DNA from: a virus
Lineage: Duplodnaviria > Heunggongvirae > Uroviricota > Caudoviricetes
Virus record (IMG/VR): IMGVR_UViG_3300010430_000005
Span: 83,467 to 147,466 of that record
DNA: 64,000 bases
Reading direction: 5' to 3' (one strand)
Part shown: positions 8,548 to 17,110 of the stretch, one piece after another
Position numbering within the stretch: the stretch's first letter is position 1
Layout: each line of letters opens with the position of its first letter
Notes under the pieces: generated by a model
The model's database searches: none
Seen by the model: the letters and a program-made list of their open reading frames with translations, nothing else
What the model was told of the DNA's origin: nothing
Made by a program: the position numbers and the translations under genes

Positions 8548-9606
8548 ATGCATAATAAAAAATTCGACGCACTCGTCTTTATCGGGAGATTTTCTCCATT
8601 TCATAATGGACATAAGGCGGTAATTGACAAAGCACTAGAAAATGCACATGAAGTTGTGATTGTAGTGGGGTCCAGCTTCCAACCGCGAAGCACAAAAAAT
8701 CCATTTACATTTGAAGAACGTAAAGCAATGATCAAGGCAGTCTTCCCACAAGGTGCGGTCAAGGTGGTGCCTGTAATGGATTATCCGTATGACGATAATG
8801 CTTGGGTCAGTGCTGTTCAAAATGCTGTAAATGGTGCAGTATCATCTACTTGGAGCGATTTTCCGAAAAAGATTGGCCTTATCGGTCACTCAAAAGATAG
8901 TAGTTCTTACTATCTAAAAATCTTTCCGCAATGGCGCAACCACGTTGAAGTAGAAAATGTGAATGGTATTAACGCTACTGATATTCGTCACATGATGTTT
9001 TCTACTGACGGGACACCTGCCGATATTATGTCCGCAATGCCAATTGAGACATATAACTGGATGGCGAAGTTCATTTTAGAAAATGCGCGAGTGGGGGGTA
9101 TTTGGGATCGCCTTTCTATTGAGTACGACCAGATCACCGAATACCGCGAAAAATCTCAGATGAAAGGATTCAACTTTCCTAGTGTATTCGTAACAACTGA
9201 TGCAGTTCTTACACAAAGTGGTTATATTTTGCTTATCAAGCGTGGCGGGTTCCCGTTCAAAGATTGTTGGGCATTGCCTGGCGGTTATCTTGACAAAGGC
9301 CAATTTGTGATTGAAAATATGATCAAGGAACTGCGGGAAGAAACTTGTGTGAAAATTCCTGCAAAGGTTCTAAAGGGGTCTATCAAATCACAACAAATCT
9401 TTGATCATCCTGACCGTGATCCGCGTGGTCGTGTTATCACTCACGGTTTCCACATTGACTTGGGATATCCCGATGAAAAGCTGCCCCGCGTAAAAGGCTC
9501 GGATGATGCTAGGGAAGCACGTTGGTTTCACCTTAGCGAAGTCACTAGTGAGATGATGGCCTTTGATCACTTCCACATCATCAAGCGATTTATCCCTACC
9601 TATTGA
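8548..9606 (+). CDS. nadM: bifunctional NMN adenylyltransferase / ADP-ribose pyrophosphatase (NadM-Nudix, NatV-like)
   Basis: IGRFSPFHNGH, KNPFTFEER, NATDIR; Nudix box WALPGG..KELREET; RDPRGR; FDHFHI. Confidence 0.95.
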   Translation: MHNKKFDALVFIGRFSPFHNGHKAVIDKALENAHEVVIVVGSSFQPRSTKNPFTFEERKAMIKAVFPQGAVKVVPVMDYPYDDNAWVSAVQNAVNGAVSSTWSDFPKKIGLIGHSKDSSSYYLKIFPQWRNHVEVENVNGINATDIRHMMFSTDGTPADIMSAMPIETYNWMAKFILENARVGGIWDRLSIEYDQITEYREKSQMKGFNFPSVFVTTDAVLTQSGYILLIKRGGFPFKDCWALPGGYLDKGQFVIENMIKELREETCVKIPAKVLKGSIKSQQIFDHPDRDPRGRVITHGFHIDLGYPDEKLPRVKGSDDAREARWFHLSEVTSEMMAFDHFHIIKRFIPTY

Positions 9607-9643
9607 CAAACATTCTGATACCTGATATATTTTAGGTATCAGA
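9603..9643 (+). promoter_or_regulatory. sigma70-like promoter with -10 in the loop of a 10-bp inverted repeat
   Basis: TTGACA-17-TATATT; arms 9614-9623/9634-9643. Confidence 0.7.
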
Positions 9644-9652
9644 GAACACATT

Positions 9653-9892
9653 ATGGAGAAGAAAATGAAAACTGTAGTAATTTCTGCTATGACCTTTGTC
9701 ATTCTTAGTTTTTTGCAGCACGTCTTTCTTGAAAGTGATATGCTGCAAACATTAAGCGATGAAGATGCTGCAATTCAGGCAAATGATTTTCTTGATAATT
9801 TGTGTGTTGCTACAAACCAGCGTGTAGTAACATTCCCAAATTATCGACGAGTTCCTGATTATTCTGTTGTATATACCTGTGATGATTTTTAA
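9653..9892 (+). CDS. small membrane-anchored protein
   Basis: N-terminal hydrophobic helix. Confidence 0.65.
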   Translation: MEKKMKTVVISAMTFVILSFLQHVFLESDMLQTLSDEDAAIQANDFLDNLCVATNQRVVTFPNYRRVPDYSVVYTCDDF

Positions 9893-10072
9893 ATGGTGAC
9901 GGTATTGAACATCGGAAAAAAGCAGACCACTTGTCGCAAGTGCAATTCTCAATTGGAATATACACAACATGATGTTCAGCGTCATGAAATCAATCACGAT
10001 TATCTTGGCGATTTTGATACGGTCTATGGCATCAAGTGTCCAGTGTGTAGTAATGTCGTAAAGGACAAATGA
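9893..10072 (+). CDS. small Zn-ribbon protein
   Basis: CRKC...CPVC, 59 aa. Confidence 0.7.
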   Translation: MVTVLNIGKKQTTCRKCNSQLEYTQHDVQRHEINHDYLGDFDTVYGIKCPVCSNVVKDK

Positions 10073-10090
10073 AAATAGAAAGGAAAACAT

Positions 10091-10360
10091 ATGAATAGTT
10101 ATGCTGACGTATATTGTGATTTGGAAAAAATGTTACATGGGTCTGCTAGATTGCATGTAGCATTAGGACGTATGGATGATGTAGGTATTTCTACTAGAGG
10201 ATGGTCTTACAATGAGTTGGTGACAGGTATTCTTAACATCAATTCGACAAATGATGAATTCACTAAAATGCATTATTGTCTAGATACTCTTTTTGATACA
10301 CTTGATGCGATTATTGAAATCGGTCCTAATGCTGTAAAATATCTTAATCAGTGGATTTGA
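10091..10360 (+). CDS. hypothetical protein
   Basis: ORF with AAGGAAA SD. Confidence 0.65.
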   Translation: MNSYADVYCDLEKMLHGSARLHVALGRMDDVGISTRGWSYNELVTGILNINSTNDEFTKMHYCLDTLFDTLDAIIEIGPNAVKYLNQWI

Positions 10361-10363
10361 ACA

Positions 10364-10573
10364 ATGGAACTACAGCGTCTTTATTTTAAAGCAGAAGGCA
10401 TTGTCGCAAGCGATATGTCTTGGGAAGCAAAGTATGATCTGATTTTTAGCCCAGAGATTTCCCAAAAGGTGTGCGAACTTGCCCGTGGGTTTGACTACTA
10501 TGATCCCGATACAACGTATGAAGAAGATGCGATGGCATTTTTCAACAGTTTCAAAGAATATTTGTGGGGTTGA
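10364..10573 (+). CDS. hypothetical protein
   Basis: coupled ORF. Confidence 0.65.
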   Translation: MELQRLYFKAEGIVASDMSWEAKYDLIFSPEISQKVCELARGFDYYDPDTTYEEDAMAFFNSFKEYLWG

Positions 10574-10574
10574 T

Positions 10575-10971
10575 ATGACTGTTACCGAATTAATTCAACA
10601 TTTGAGTGATCACGATCCAAATATGGAAGTCTACGTCACCACAAAAAAAGAAAACTGCAATGATATTGTCAATGTAGATTACGAGTTGTTTGCGTGTCAT
10701 GGTCGGTATCGTGGTGTTTATATTGAAATTGGGGAAGAAGAACGATCAATTTTTATCAAACTTGGAAAGATGAAAAAGAATCTGAACCAAAGAAAAAAGA
10801 AAGCGTGGTTCGCACCAATGCGTTTTGTGCGGAACATACGTCAATGGTCTAAAAGATCATATGGAAGGCGTTCATGGCAAAGGAACATACAAAAGATATG
10901 TATCTGCGGAAGAACAACTCAAAGAGCGACGTAGGCAAGAAATTATTGAAGTTATGAGAGGCATCAAATGA
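10575..10971 (+). pseudogene. one or two small genes with frameshift(s); 3' part encodes a C2H2 zinc finger
   Basis: CVLCGTYVNGLKDHMEGVH lies in a different frame from the upstream ORF; shift in an A-run near 10795. Confidence 0.5.
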
Positions 10972-11160
10972 ACAAACTTGTTTTTGAATTTAGTGAAGAA
11001 ATGATGACTATTGCACTTCTTGCAAATGGTTGGAAAGAAGGATGGAAGACTGGCGATTGAGTTGGTCCTGATATGAATGCAGATTATGGTGGATTTAGCC
11101 TAAAAGAGGCATTTGGTCGTTTGTTATTGAGCAAAAACCTCGTCGGAAAAATTTAAATGA

Positions 11161-11586
11161 ATGTTGGAGAGTGAAATGAGTTTTTATCAAATTGAATACA
11201 GCAAAAAAGACAATGGTTGGGTAACAAAACGTCGAACAAAAAGTTACAAATATCTTCGTGTTGCCAACAGTCCAGCACATTCAACTATTGAAGAAGCAGA
11301 ACAATGGATTGAAGAAAACGACAAAGACAGACCGTGGATTGATCATAAAATTGATGGACACACTGGTCATCTAATGACGCTTGAAGAATGGAAAGAGTGT
11401 TGCGATGATGGCGGTTTCATTGACTACGATGGGTTTGGGGATGCCGTAGACAAAAATTACAAAATAATCGACATGGGGAAAGTAGATGATTTCTTTGATG
11501 AAATGATTTCACCTTCCGACTATGCGGACCGTGGCGGTGAAAAGATTCCACTTGACACCAAGTACATTTTGTGGTATAACCGTTAA
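11161..11586 (+). CDS. hypothetical phage protein
   Basis: GGFIDYDGFG..YILWYNR pattern. Confidence 0.75.
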   Translation: MLESEMSFYQIEYSKKDNGWVTKRRTKSYKYLRVANSPAHSTIEEAEQWIEENDKDRPWIDHKIDGHTGHLMTLEEWKECCDDGGFIDYDGFGDAVDKNYKIIDMGKVDDFFDEMISPSDYADRGGEKIPLDTKYILWYNR

Positions 11587-11607
11587 GTAAAATTAAAGGA
11601 ATAACAC

Positions 11608-11931
11608 ATGGCAGCAATGATTGACAAAAAATGCAAACACTGTAGCGGTGACATTACTGTTCGTCTTGCCGATCACAAACGTGGTTGGGGCAATTTTTGC
11701 AACAAGAGTTGTAAGGCAAAATATCAAGAAAAGCGGAATGGCCAATATGCTGCATATATGAATGGCCGTGGTGTTAGCAATCTGCATCCAGAACGGTTGG
11801 AGATGTATGACCGTTGCAGCGGTCTTAATACAATGTGGTATGATGATAGCGATCCATTTAATGAAGAATGGAGAGAAAGCTATGATGTGCACCCTTTCTC
11901 AAGTGAAGCACTAGGACAGTGGGAGAATTAG
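11608..11931 (+). CDS. Cys-rich phage protein (CxxC...RGWGxFCxKSCKA)
   Basis: motif and AAAGGA SD. Confidence 0.75.
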   Translation: MAAMIDKKCKHCSGDITVRLADHKRGWGNFCNKSCKAKYQEKRNGQYAAYMNGRGVSNLHPERLEMYDRCSGLNTMWYDDSDPFNEEWRESYDVHPFSSEALGQWEN

Positions 11932-11932
11932 A

Positions 11933-12415
11933 ATGAAGTATTGGGAATATGAAGACGACAAAATAATTCTTTTTTGGGGAGGTGTATTGTCGAATTGGTA
12001 CAAGTCTGATTTTATTTGCGATAACACTCAATTCAATTGTGTAGAGCAATATATGATGCGAAAGAAGGCTATTGTTTTTGGCGATTACGACGCAGCAAAA
12101 AAGGTAATGTCTACGAAAGATCCTAGAAAACAAAAAGCGATTGGCAGGACTGTCAGGAATTTCGACGGTGATGTGTGGCTAGAAAAATGCAGGGAAGAAG
12201 TATATCCGGGCATTAGAGCTAAATTTACCCAAAACGATAAACTAGGCGATTTACTAAGAGGAACCGGCGCCAAGGTAATCGCGGAGGCATCACCTTACGA
12301 TAAAATTTGGGGTATAGGTTTAAGCACAAACGACAAACGTGCGCAAAATCAATCATTTTGGCAAGGACTAAACATTCTTGGCGAATTGTTAATGAAAGCG
12401 AGAAAAGATATATGA
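11933..12415 (+). CDS. NADAR family (YbiA/DUF1768-like) protein
   Basis: LSNWY, CVEQYMM, KAIGR, AEASPYDKIWGIG, GLNILG. Confidence 0.92.
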   Translation: MKYWEYEDDKIILFWGGVLSNWYKSDFICDNTQFNCVEQYMMRKKAIVFGDYDAAKKVMSTKDPRKQKAIGRTVRNFDGDVWLEKCREEVYPGIRAKFTQNDKLGDLLRGTGAKVIAEASPYDKIWGIGLSTNDKRAQNQSFWQGLNILGELLMKARKDI

Positions 12416-12708
12416 CCACACTAGTAAAAGATACTCTGAACACCTGTTCGCAAATCGAAAATGACAGAACACTTCAAGATGTTTTGACACATCTTATGAC
12501 AGAAGTAGGAGAACTTGCCCAAGAAATTCAGATTGCAGAAGGCAAGTCATATAAAGAACACGGCGAAGATGGCGTCGTCGGTGAAGCAGTTGATGTTATC
12601 AATTGTGTTCTTGACATCATCTACCAGTATGATAGTATGATTACAGAAGAAGCCCTACGCAACTTGAATGCAGAAAAACTCAAAAAATGGAAAGAAACGG
12701 TAAAATGA
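12412..12708 (+). CDS. MazG-like nucleotide pyrophosphohydrolase
   Basis: LMTEVGELA...GEAVDVI (ExxE..ExxD). Confidence 0.8.
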   Translation: MTTLVKDTLNTCSQIENDRTLQDVLTHLMTEVGELAQEIQIAEGKSYKEHGEDGVVGEAVDVINCVLDIIYQYDSMITEEALRNLNAEKLKKWKETVK

Positions 12709-12958
12709 TCAACGAAATGAGATCAATCGAAATTACCGTAAAAGCACCTTCTGGTTATGGCAAAAGCACGATTGCTTCACATATTGCAGCGTATTTGTAT
12801 GATATTGGATTTTACGTTGTGCAGATGACAGCGACGAAATTAGTCCTAAATTTATTGAAAAAGAACGTTTGCAATCAATTATCGACAAAAATACAATGAT
12901 TGAAATTTCAACAGAGCAGAAACCAAGTCACGTTGCAGAAAAAATCAAGAAATGTTAA
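12705..12958 (+). pseudogene. small P-loop-containing protein with frameshift near 12819
   Basis: APSGYGKST; plausible continuation ADDSDEISPKF.. in shifted frame. Confidence 0.55.
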
Positions 12959-13033
12959 AGATAATCGTTGACTTGTATTCTATATAACTATATAAAGAGT
13001 AAACGAAGCATAAAGTCTCGAAAGGACCTTTAA

Positions 13034-13327
13034 ATGAAACTAGTAACGTCCCTTATTATTGCAGCAACACTGGCTGTATCTTCTCCGGTGTACGCACAAT
13101 CGACAAAAACCCAACTTTGCGAAGAAATCGGACTGATGGCGCTAAACATCGCAGTAGCTAGGGATCTATCGTCACCCAAAAACGATGTCAAAATGGGGCT
13201 GTACGAACTTAAACTGGGCCCTGGACTTACTATTCCCATTTTGGAAATGGTCGACCATATCTACGAATCGGATGCGGACCCGCTTACTCTAGGGAAAATG
13301 GTTTTCGTCGAGTGCATGGTAAACTAA
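13034..13327 (+). CDS. exported small protein
   Basis: signal peptide; TTGACT-17-TATAAA promoter upstream. Confidence 0.7.
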   Translation: MKLVTSLIIAATLAVSSPVYAQSTKTQLCEEIGLMALNIAVARDLSSPKNDVKMGLYELKLGPGLTIPILEMVDHIYESDADPLTLGKMVFVECMVN

Positions 13328-13354
13328 TTCAGTCAGAGTAAAAAACACGGAAGG

Positions 13355-13370
13355 CCTCAATCGAGGCAAA
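13355..13370. promoter_or_regulatory. palindromic operator-like site, copy 1
   Basis: CCTCAATCGAGGCAAA, 15/16 identical to 13648-13663. Confidence 0.5.
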
Positions 13371-13393
13371 GATTATAAATATAGAGGTATAAA

Positions 13394-13612
13394 ATGTATC
13401 CCGAACACAACATCAAATATGAAACCAACAGTAAAAAATTCTGGATGATCACTGGTGATGGAAATCAACCACGTGTTCGACACACAAACAAAAAACGTGC
13501 TACTGATGAAGCAGAGCGTCTTGCTCGTGCAAATCCTGGTATCAAATTCTACGTGCTTGAAGCAGTAGAAGTTTTTGAACAACCCTGTGGCATTCGTCAC
13601 GAAAAACTATAA
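13394..13612 (+). CDS. conserved small phage protein (EAERLA..PG..FYVL)
   Basis: motif; TATAAATA at 13374-13381. Confidence 0.75.
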   Translation: MYPEHNIKYETNSKKFWMITGDGNQPRVRHTNKKRATDEAERLARANPGIKFYVLEAVEVFEQPCGIRHEKL

Positions 13613-13647
13613 ATAAATTTGTGGCATTCATTTGCCACAAAAAAAGT

Positions 13648-13663
13648 CCTCAATTGAGGCAAA
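13648..13663. promoter_or_regulatory. palindromic operator-like site, copy 2, upstream of NAMPT
   Basis: CCTCAATTGAGG perfect 12-bp palindrome + CAAA. Confidence 0.5.
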
Positions 13664-13691
13664 ATAAATCATCAATTATAGGAGTTATAAG

Positions 13692-15185
13692 ATGAAAAAT
13701 ATTTTACACCTACTAACCGCAATTATTCGCACAGATGGATATAAGACCAGTCAGTTCTTGCAGTATCCAAAAGACACTACGCATATCAGTTCGTATATCG
13801 AATCGCGTGGTGGAGAACGTGAAAGTGTATTCTTTGGGGCGCAAGCATTTATCAAAGATTACATGATGAATCCATTCACAATGGCAGACATTAATTTTGC
13901 AGAAAAAGTTTTCCGCAAATATGGTGTTCCCTTCAACCGCAAAGGCTGGGAAATCATTGTCAATGAGTATGGTGGTATGCTCCCCGTCGAAATTGAAGCA
14001 GCCCCAGAAGGGACTGTTATGGAAACAAGTAATGTCCAACTTCAAATTGTCAATACAGATGACCGGTTGGGATGGTTGACTAGTTATGTAGAGACTGCAC
14101 TGTTGCGCGGAATTTGGTATCCATCAACTGTTGCGACAAAGTCCCGTAAGATCAAAAAGATTATCGCAAAAGGTCTGTATAAGACAAGTGATATTCCGCT
14201 TGATATTTTGATGGGTCCGGTTCTGAAATTTACTCTAAACGATTTCGGTGCCCGTGGAGCAAGTTCTACTGAAACTGCTGTTCTTGGCGGAATGGCACAC
14301 TTGGTAAACTTCTGGGGTAGTGATACCATTGAAGGCATGATTGGCGCATATGCTTACTACAATGCGGATATTTTTGATCCAGAGACTACACCAGTAGCAG
14401 GGTCAATTCCCGCAAGTGAACATAGCACTATGACTAGTTGGGGAAAAGAGAACGAAGTTGACGCATATGAAAATATGATTGACCAATTCTCAGCACCTAG
14501 CAAAATCTATGCCTGCGTAAGTGACAGTTATGATATCTACAATGCGGTAAAAAACCTATGGGGCGATGCTCTAAAAGTGAAAGTCATTGAAAGTGGTGGA
14601 ACTTTGGTTGTGCGTCCCGACTCGGGTGATCCTACTACCGTTCCTATTGAAATTCTGGATATTCTTGCTGAAAAGTTTGGATATACTGTAAACTCAAAAG
14701 GATTTAAAGTTCTTGCACAACGCGAGGATGGTAGTGCTATCGTTAAGGTCATTCAAGGTGACGGATTGAATGAAGAGACTTTGCAGGTTTTGATTGACAA
14801 TATCATCAAAGCAAGGTATAGTCTTGAAAACATTGCCTTTGGTATGGGTGGTGGCTTGCTGAATAATGTTAGTAGAGACACATTAAAATACGCTATGAAA
14901 GCAAGCGCACGGCGCGATGCAAATGGTGTGTGGCACTATGTATTTAAAGACCCCATCACCGACAAAAGCAAAACTTCTAAGAAAGGTCGCCTTGCGCTTG
15001 TTTATAATTGTGGTCTTGGTAGTTGTTCTTATAAAACTGTTCCAGAATTTGTCGCACAAGAACGCGGCGAGAACCTTCTACGCAAAATTTTTCGCAATGG
15101 GGAATTGCTTGTAGAAGATGATTTTGAAACAGTTCGTGAACGTGCTGAATTGCTTGAGGAAGAATATATTCCTCAAGAAATTTAG
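13692..15185 (+). CDS. nadV: nicotinamide phosphoribosyltransferase (NAMPT)
   Basis: TDGYKTSQ, WYPSTVAT, DFGARG, PASEHS, VSDSYD, VVRPDSGDP, IQGDG, AFGMGGGLL. Confidence 0.96.
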   Translation: MKNILHLLTAIIRTDGYKTSQFLQYPKDTTHISSYIESRGGERESVFFGAQAFIKDYMMNPFTMADINFAEKVFRKYGVPFNRKGWEIIVNEYGGMLPVEIEAAPEGTVMETSNVQLQIVNTDDRLGWLTSYVETALLRGIWYPSTVATKSRKIKKIIAKGLYKTSDIPLDILMGPVLKFTLNDFGARGASSTETAVLGGMAHLVNFWGSDTIEGMIGAYAYYNADIFDPETTPVAGSIPASEHSTMTSWGKENEVDAYENMIDQFSAPSKIYACVSDSYDIYNAVKNLWGDALKVKVIESGGTLVVRPDSGDPTTVPIEILDILAEKFGYTVNSKGFKVLAQREDGSAIVKVIQGDGLNEETLQVLIDNIIKARYSLENIAFGMGGGLLNNVSRDTLKYAMKASARRDANGVWHYVFKDPITDKSKTSKKGRLALVYNCGLGSCSYKTVPEFVAQERGENLLRKIFRNGELLVEDDFETVRERAELLEEEYIPQEI

Positions 15186-15328
15186 CGTTACTAAAAGGAG
15201 GATGTGATGACATTCGAAAAAAGAGTAGGTATATAAAAAACAGTGGGGCAGGGAAACTTGCCCCCACATATTATAGTTAATGATGAGATAAGTTACCTTG
15301 AGGTATCTTCAACTACTAAGGACACATT

Positions 15329-15712
15329 ATGGATATTGACCTGAACACATTCGCAGAACAAAACGAAGAATTAGATAATAAGGCAAGTATGTTGTTCTAC
15401 GACATCGAAAAGTTAGAACGTCGTTATGGAAACAAGTATAGGGAACATTATGACTATGATTACTTTGTAATCGACACATGTGGTTATATAAGTTTGAAGG
15501 GTAGCTACTATTGGCAAGGTTCAACAGACGAAATTGAATATGCCGTGACCTTTGATCAGTTTCTTAGCCCAGAAGAGTATATAAAAAAACACGAAGCCGA
15601 CCTTATAGCCAAAGCCGAAGAAGCCCGAAAAAAGGTAGAAGCGCAGAAAGCTAAAGAACGCCAAAAAGAATATGAAGAATTCTTGAAACTGAAAGCCAAG
15701 TTCGGCGAATAA
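15329..15712 (+). CDS. hypothetical protein with coiled-coil C-terminus
   Basis: ends EFLKLKAKFGE. Confidence 0.75.
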   Translation: MDIDLNTFAEQNEELDNKASMLFYDIEKLERRYGNKYREHYDYDYFVIDTCGYISLKGSYYWQGSTDEIEYAVTFDQFLSPEEYIKKHEADLIAKAEEARKKVEAQKAKERQKEYEEFLKLKAKFGE

Positions 15713-15713
15713 A

Positions 15714-15890
15714 ATGAATAATTCAGTACAACCAAAATACAAAAACACTGTTGTCTGTAACCATTGTCATGCAGAATACAACCCAAATTTGAATTGGGTT
15801 TCTGGATATTACGAAACAGGAACAACTGGCAATTTCATCGCAACTTCAAAAATTGAAAAAGGAAAATGCCCTATTTGCAGGAGAAAATAA
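15714..15890 (+). CDS. small Zn-finger-like protein
   Basis: CNHC...CPIC, 58 aa. Confidence 0.65.
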   Translation: MNNSVQPKYKNTVVCNHCHAEYNPNLNWVSGYYETGTTGNFIATSKIEKGKCPICRRK

Positions 15891-16081
15891 TGAAACCTTA
15901 TATTTGCACAAAAAACGATTGGGATTACGAAGTTATTGATGTATTTCTTGTCATTGAAAATATGGATGATATTCATTTAAAAGTATTTGATGACTTTGAA
16001 TGGCGAGAAGCAGATGAATATGCTAAAACTATGGCATCCGCATTGGATATTGAATTTGTTGGAGATAGGACAGATACATGA
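15890..16081 (+). CDS. hypothetical protein
   Basis: TAATG coupling. Confidence 0.6.
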   Translation: MKPYICTKNDWDYEVIDVFLVIENMDDIHLKVFDDFEWREADEYAKTMASALDIEFVGDRTDT

Positions 16082-16350
16082 ATAATATACACAATGTCTT
16101 GATTATATAGAAAGAAAAGAAAATGTTTTATATTAGAGACGAAGGCGAACCAGTTAAAAACGGATTCAACTTTTATCCGTTAAGTTCAACCAACAGCAGA
16201 GGTGTTGTTATCCGTATATGGAAGATTTCTATTTGGATGAGATATAGTCTACTAACAAAGAGAATATCCATTAGTTTTAAAAGACAACACAATGATTTGC
16301 TTTGTGTCTTAAATAAAAAATGCTAAAATTCTTGGAGATAGGACAGATAC
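16059..16350 (+). repeat. 19-bp direct repeat containing an RBS (16059-16077 and 16332-16350)
   Basis: ttggagataggacagatac identical in both copies. Confidence 0.9.
16123..16326 (+). CDS. hypothetical protein
   Basis: ORF between the duplicated RBS. Confidence 0.6.
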   Translation: MFYIRDEGEPVKNGFNFYPLSSTNSRGVVIRIWKISIWMRYSLLTKRISISFKRQHNDLLCVLNKKC

Positions 16351-16614
16351 GTGACAATTGAAAATATAAAAGCAGGGTTTTGGCAAGTTCAAGACAAAGT
16401 TGATAAATCAACTATCCAAAAATTCACAAGTTCATGTGACCGTGATGATTGCTGTGTCAGTGCCAGAATGATTAGCGAAACAACTTGTATGGGAATATCA
16501 GACCATTATTATAAACAGGGTAGATTAATTATCAGCGATCACAACAGGCATAAAGTTTCTATGTGTTGTAGTAAATGTTGGCGTCATGAAGTGATGAATA
16601 ATTATGAAAATTGA
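16351..16614 (+). CDS. Cys-rich hypothetical protein
   Basis: GTG start after RBS repeat. Confidence 0.6.
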   Translation: MTIENIKAGFWQVQDKVDKSTIQKFTSSCDRDDCCVSARMISETTCMGISDHYYKQGRLIISDHNRHKVSMCCSKCWRHEVMNNYEN

Positions 16615-16804
16615 AACAGAAGATTATTTTTGGGAATGCGGCGATGGTTGCTGCACTCAATACGGAACCTATCTGTATATTGATGGAAAGCTACTGGAAG
16701 ATCGTGAGTTTAGTAGTTCTGGAGATGCTTATCAGTATGTTCTAAAAGAAATGCTAGGTCACGAAGTAGATTATATCTACAATGAGGATGAGGATGAAGA
16801 ATGA
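16604..16804 (+). CDS. small acidic phage protein (WECGDGCC)
   Basis: motif common in myophages. Confidence 0.7.
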   Translation: MKIETEDYFWECGDGCCTQYGTYLYIDGKLLEDREFSSSGDAYQYVLKEMLGHEVDYIYNEDEDEE

Positions 16805-16965
16805 AACCTGATGGAAAATTAATAGCAGAACAACTTGCAAAAGAATTGGCAAGTGTTCAACCAATGCCTAGTGATTGCTTGAAAAATTTATATGAAGCAA
16901 GCAAATCGGAAGATGAACTTAGGAAAGATGGATATGAACCTGTTAGCGGTTTGGGTCTTATGTGA
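16801..16965 (+). CDS. 54-aa protein with capsid Gol-like segment (QLAKELASVQPM)
   Basis: ATGA coupling; 6/12 identity to gp23 residues 94-105 LIAYDIAGVQPM. Confidence 0.65.
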   Translation: MKPDGKLIAEQLAKELASVQPMPSDCLKNLYEASKSEDELRKDGYEPVSGLGLM

Positions 16966-16972
16966 GTAAAAG

Positions 16973-17110
16973 ATGAGTAACAATTGGATAAACTGGCGAT
17001 TTGGTAAATATCATTTGCAAATCGGACCAGATGAAAGGTTTTGGATTAGTTTTAGGAAGAACACTTTTTGGGTTTCTCATTCTTATGAGAAATGGTTTGA
17101 GAGGTATTAA
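16973..17110 (+). CDS. small Trp-rich hypothetical protein
   Basis: 45-aa ORF filling the gap. Confidence 0.5.
   Translation: MSNNWINWRFGKYHLQIGPDERFWISFRKNTFWVSHSYEKWFERY

Noticed and set aside
12705-12958. Terminase Walker-A decoy
   Set aside because: A generic P-loop with no specific similarity to gp17 ARQSGKTT; too little evidence
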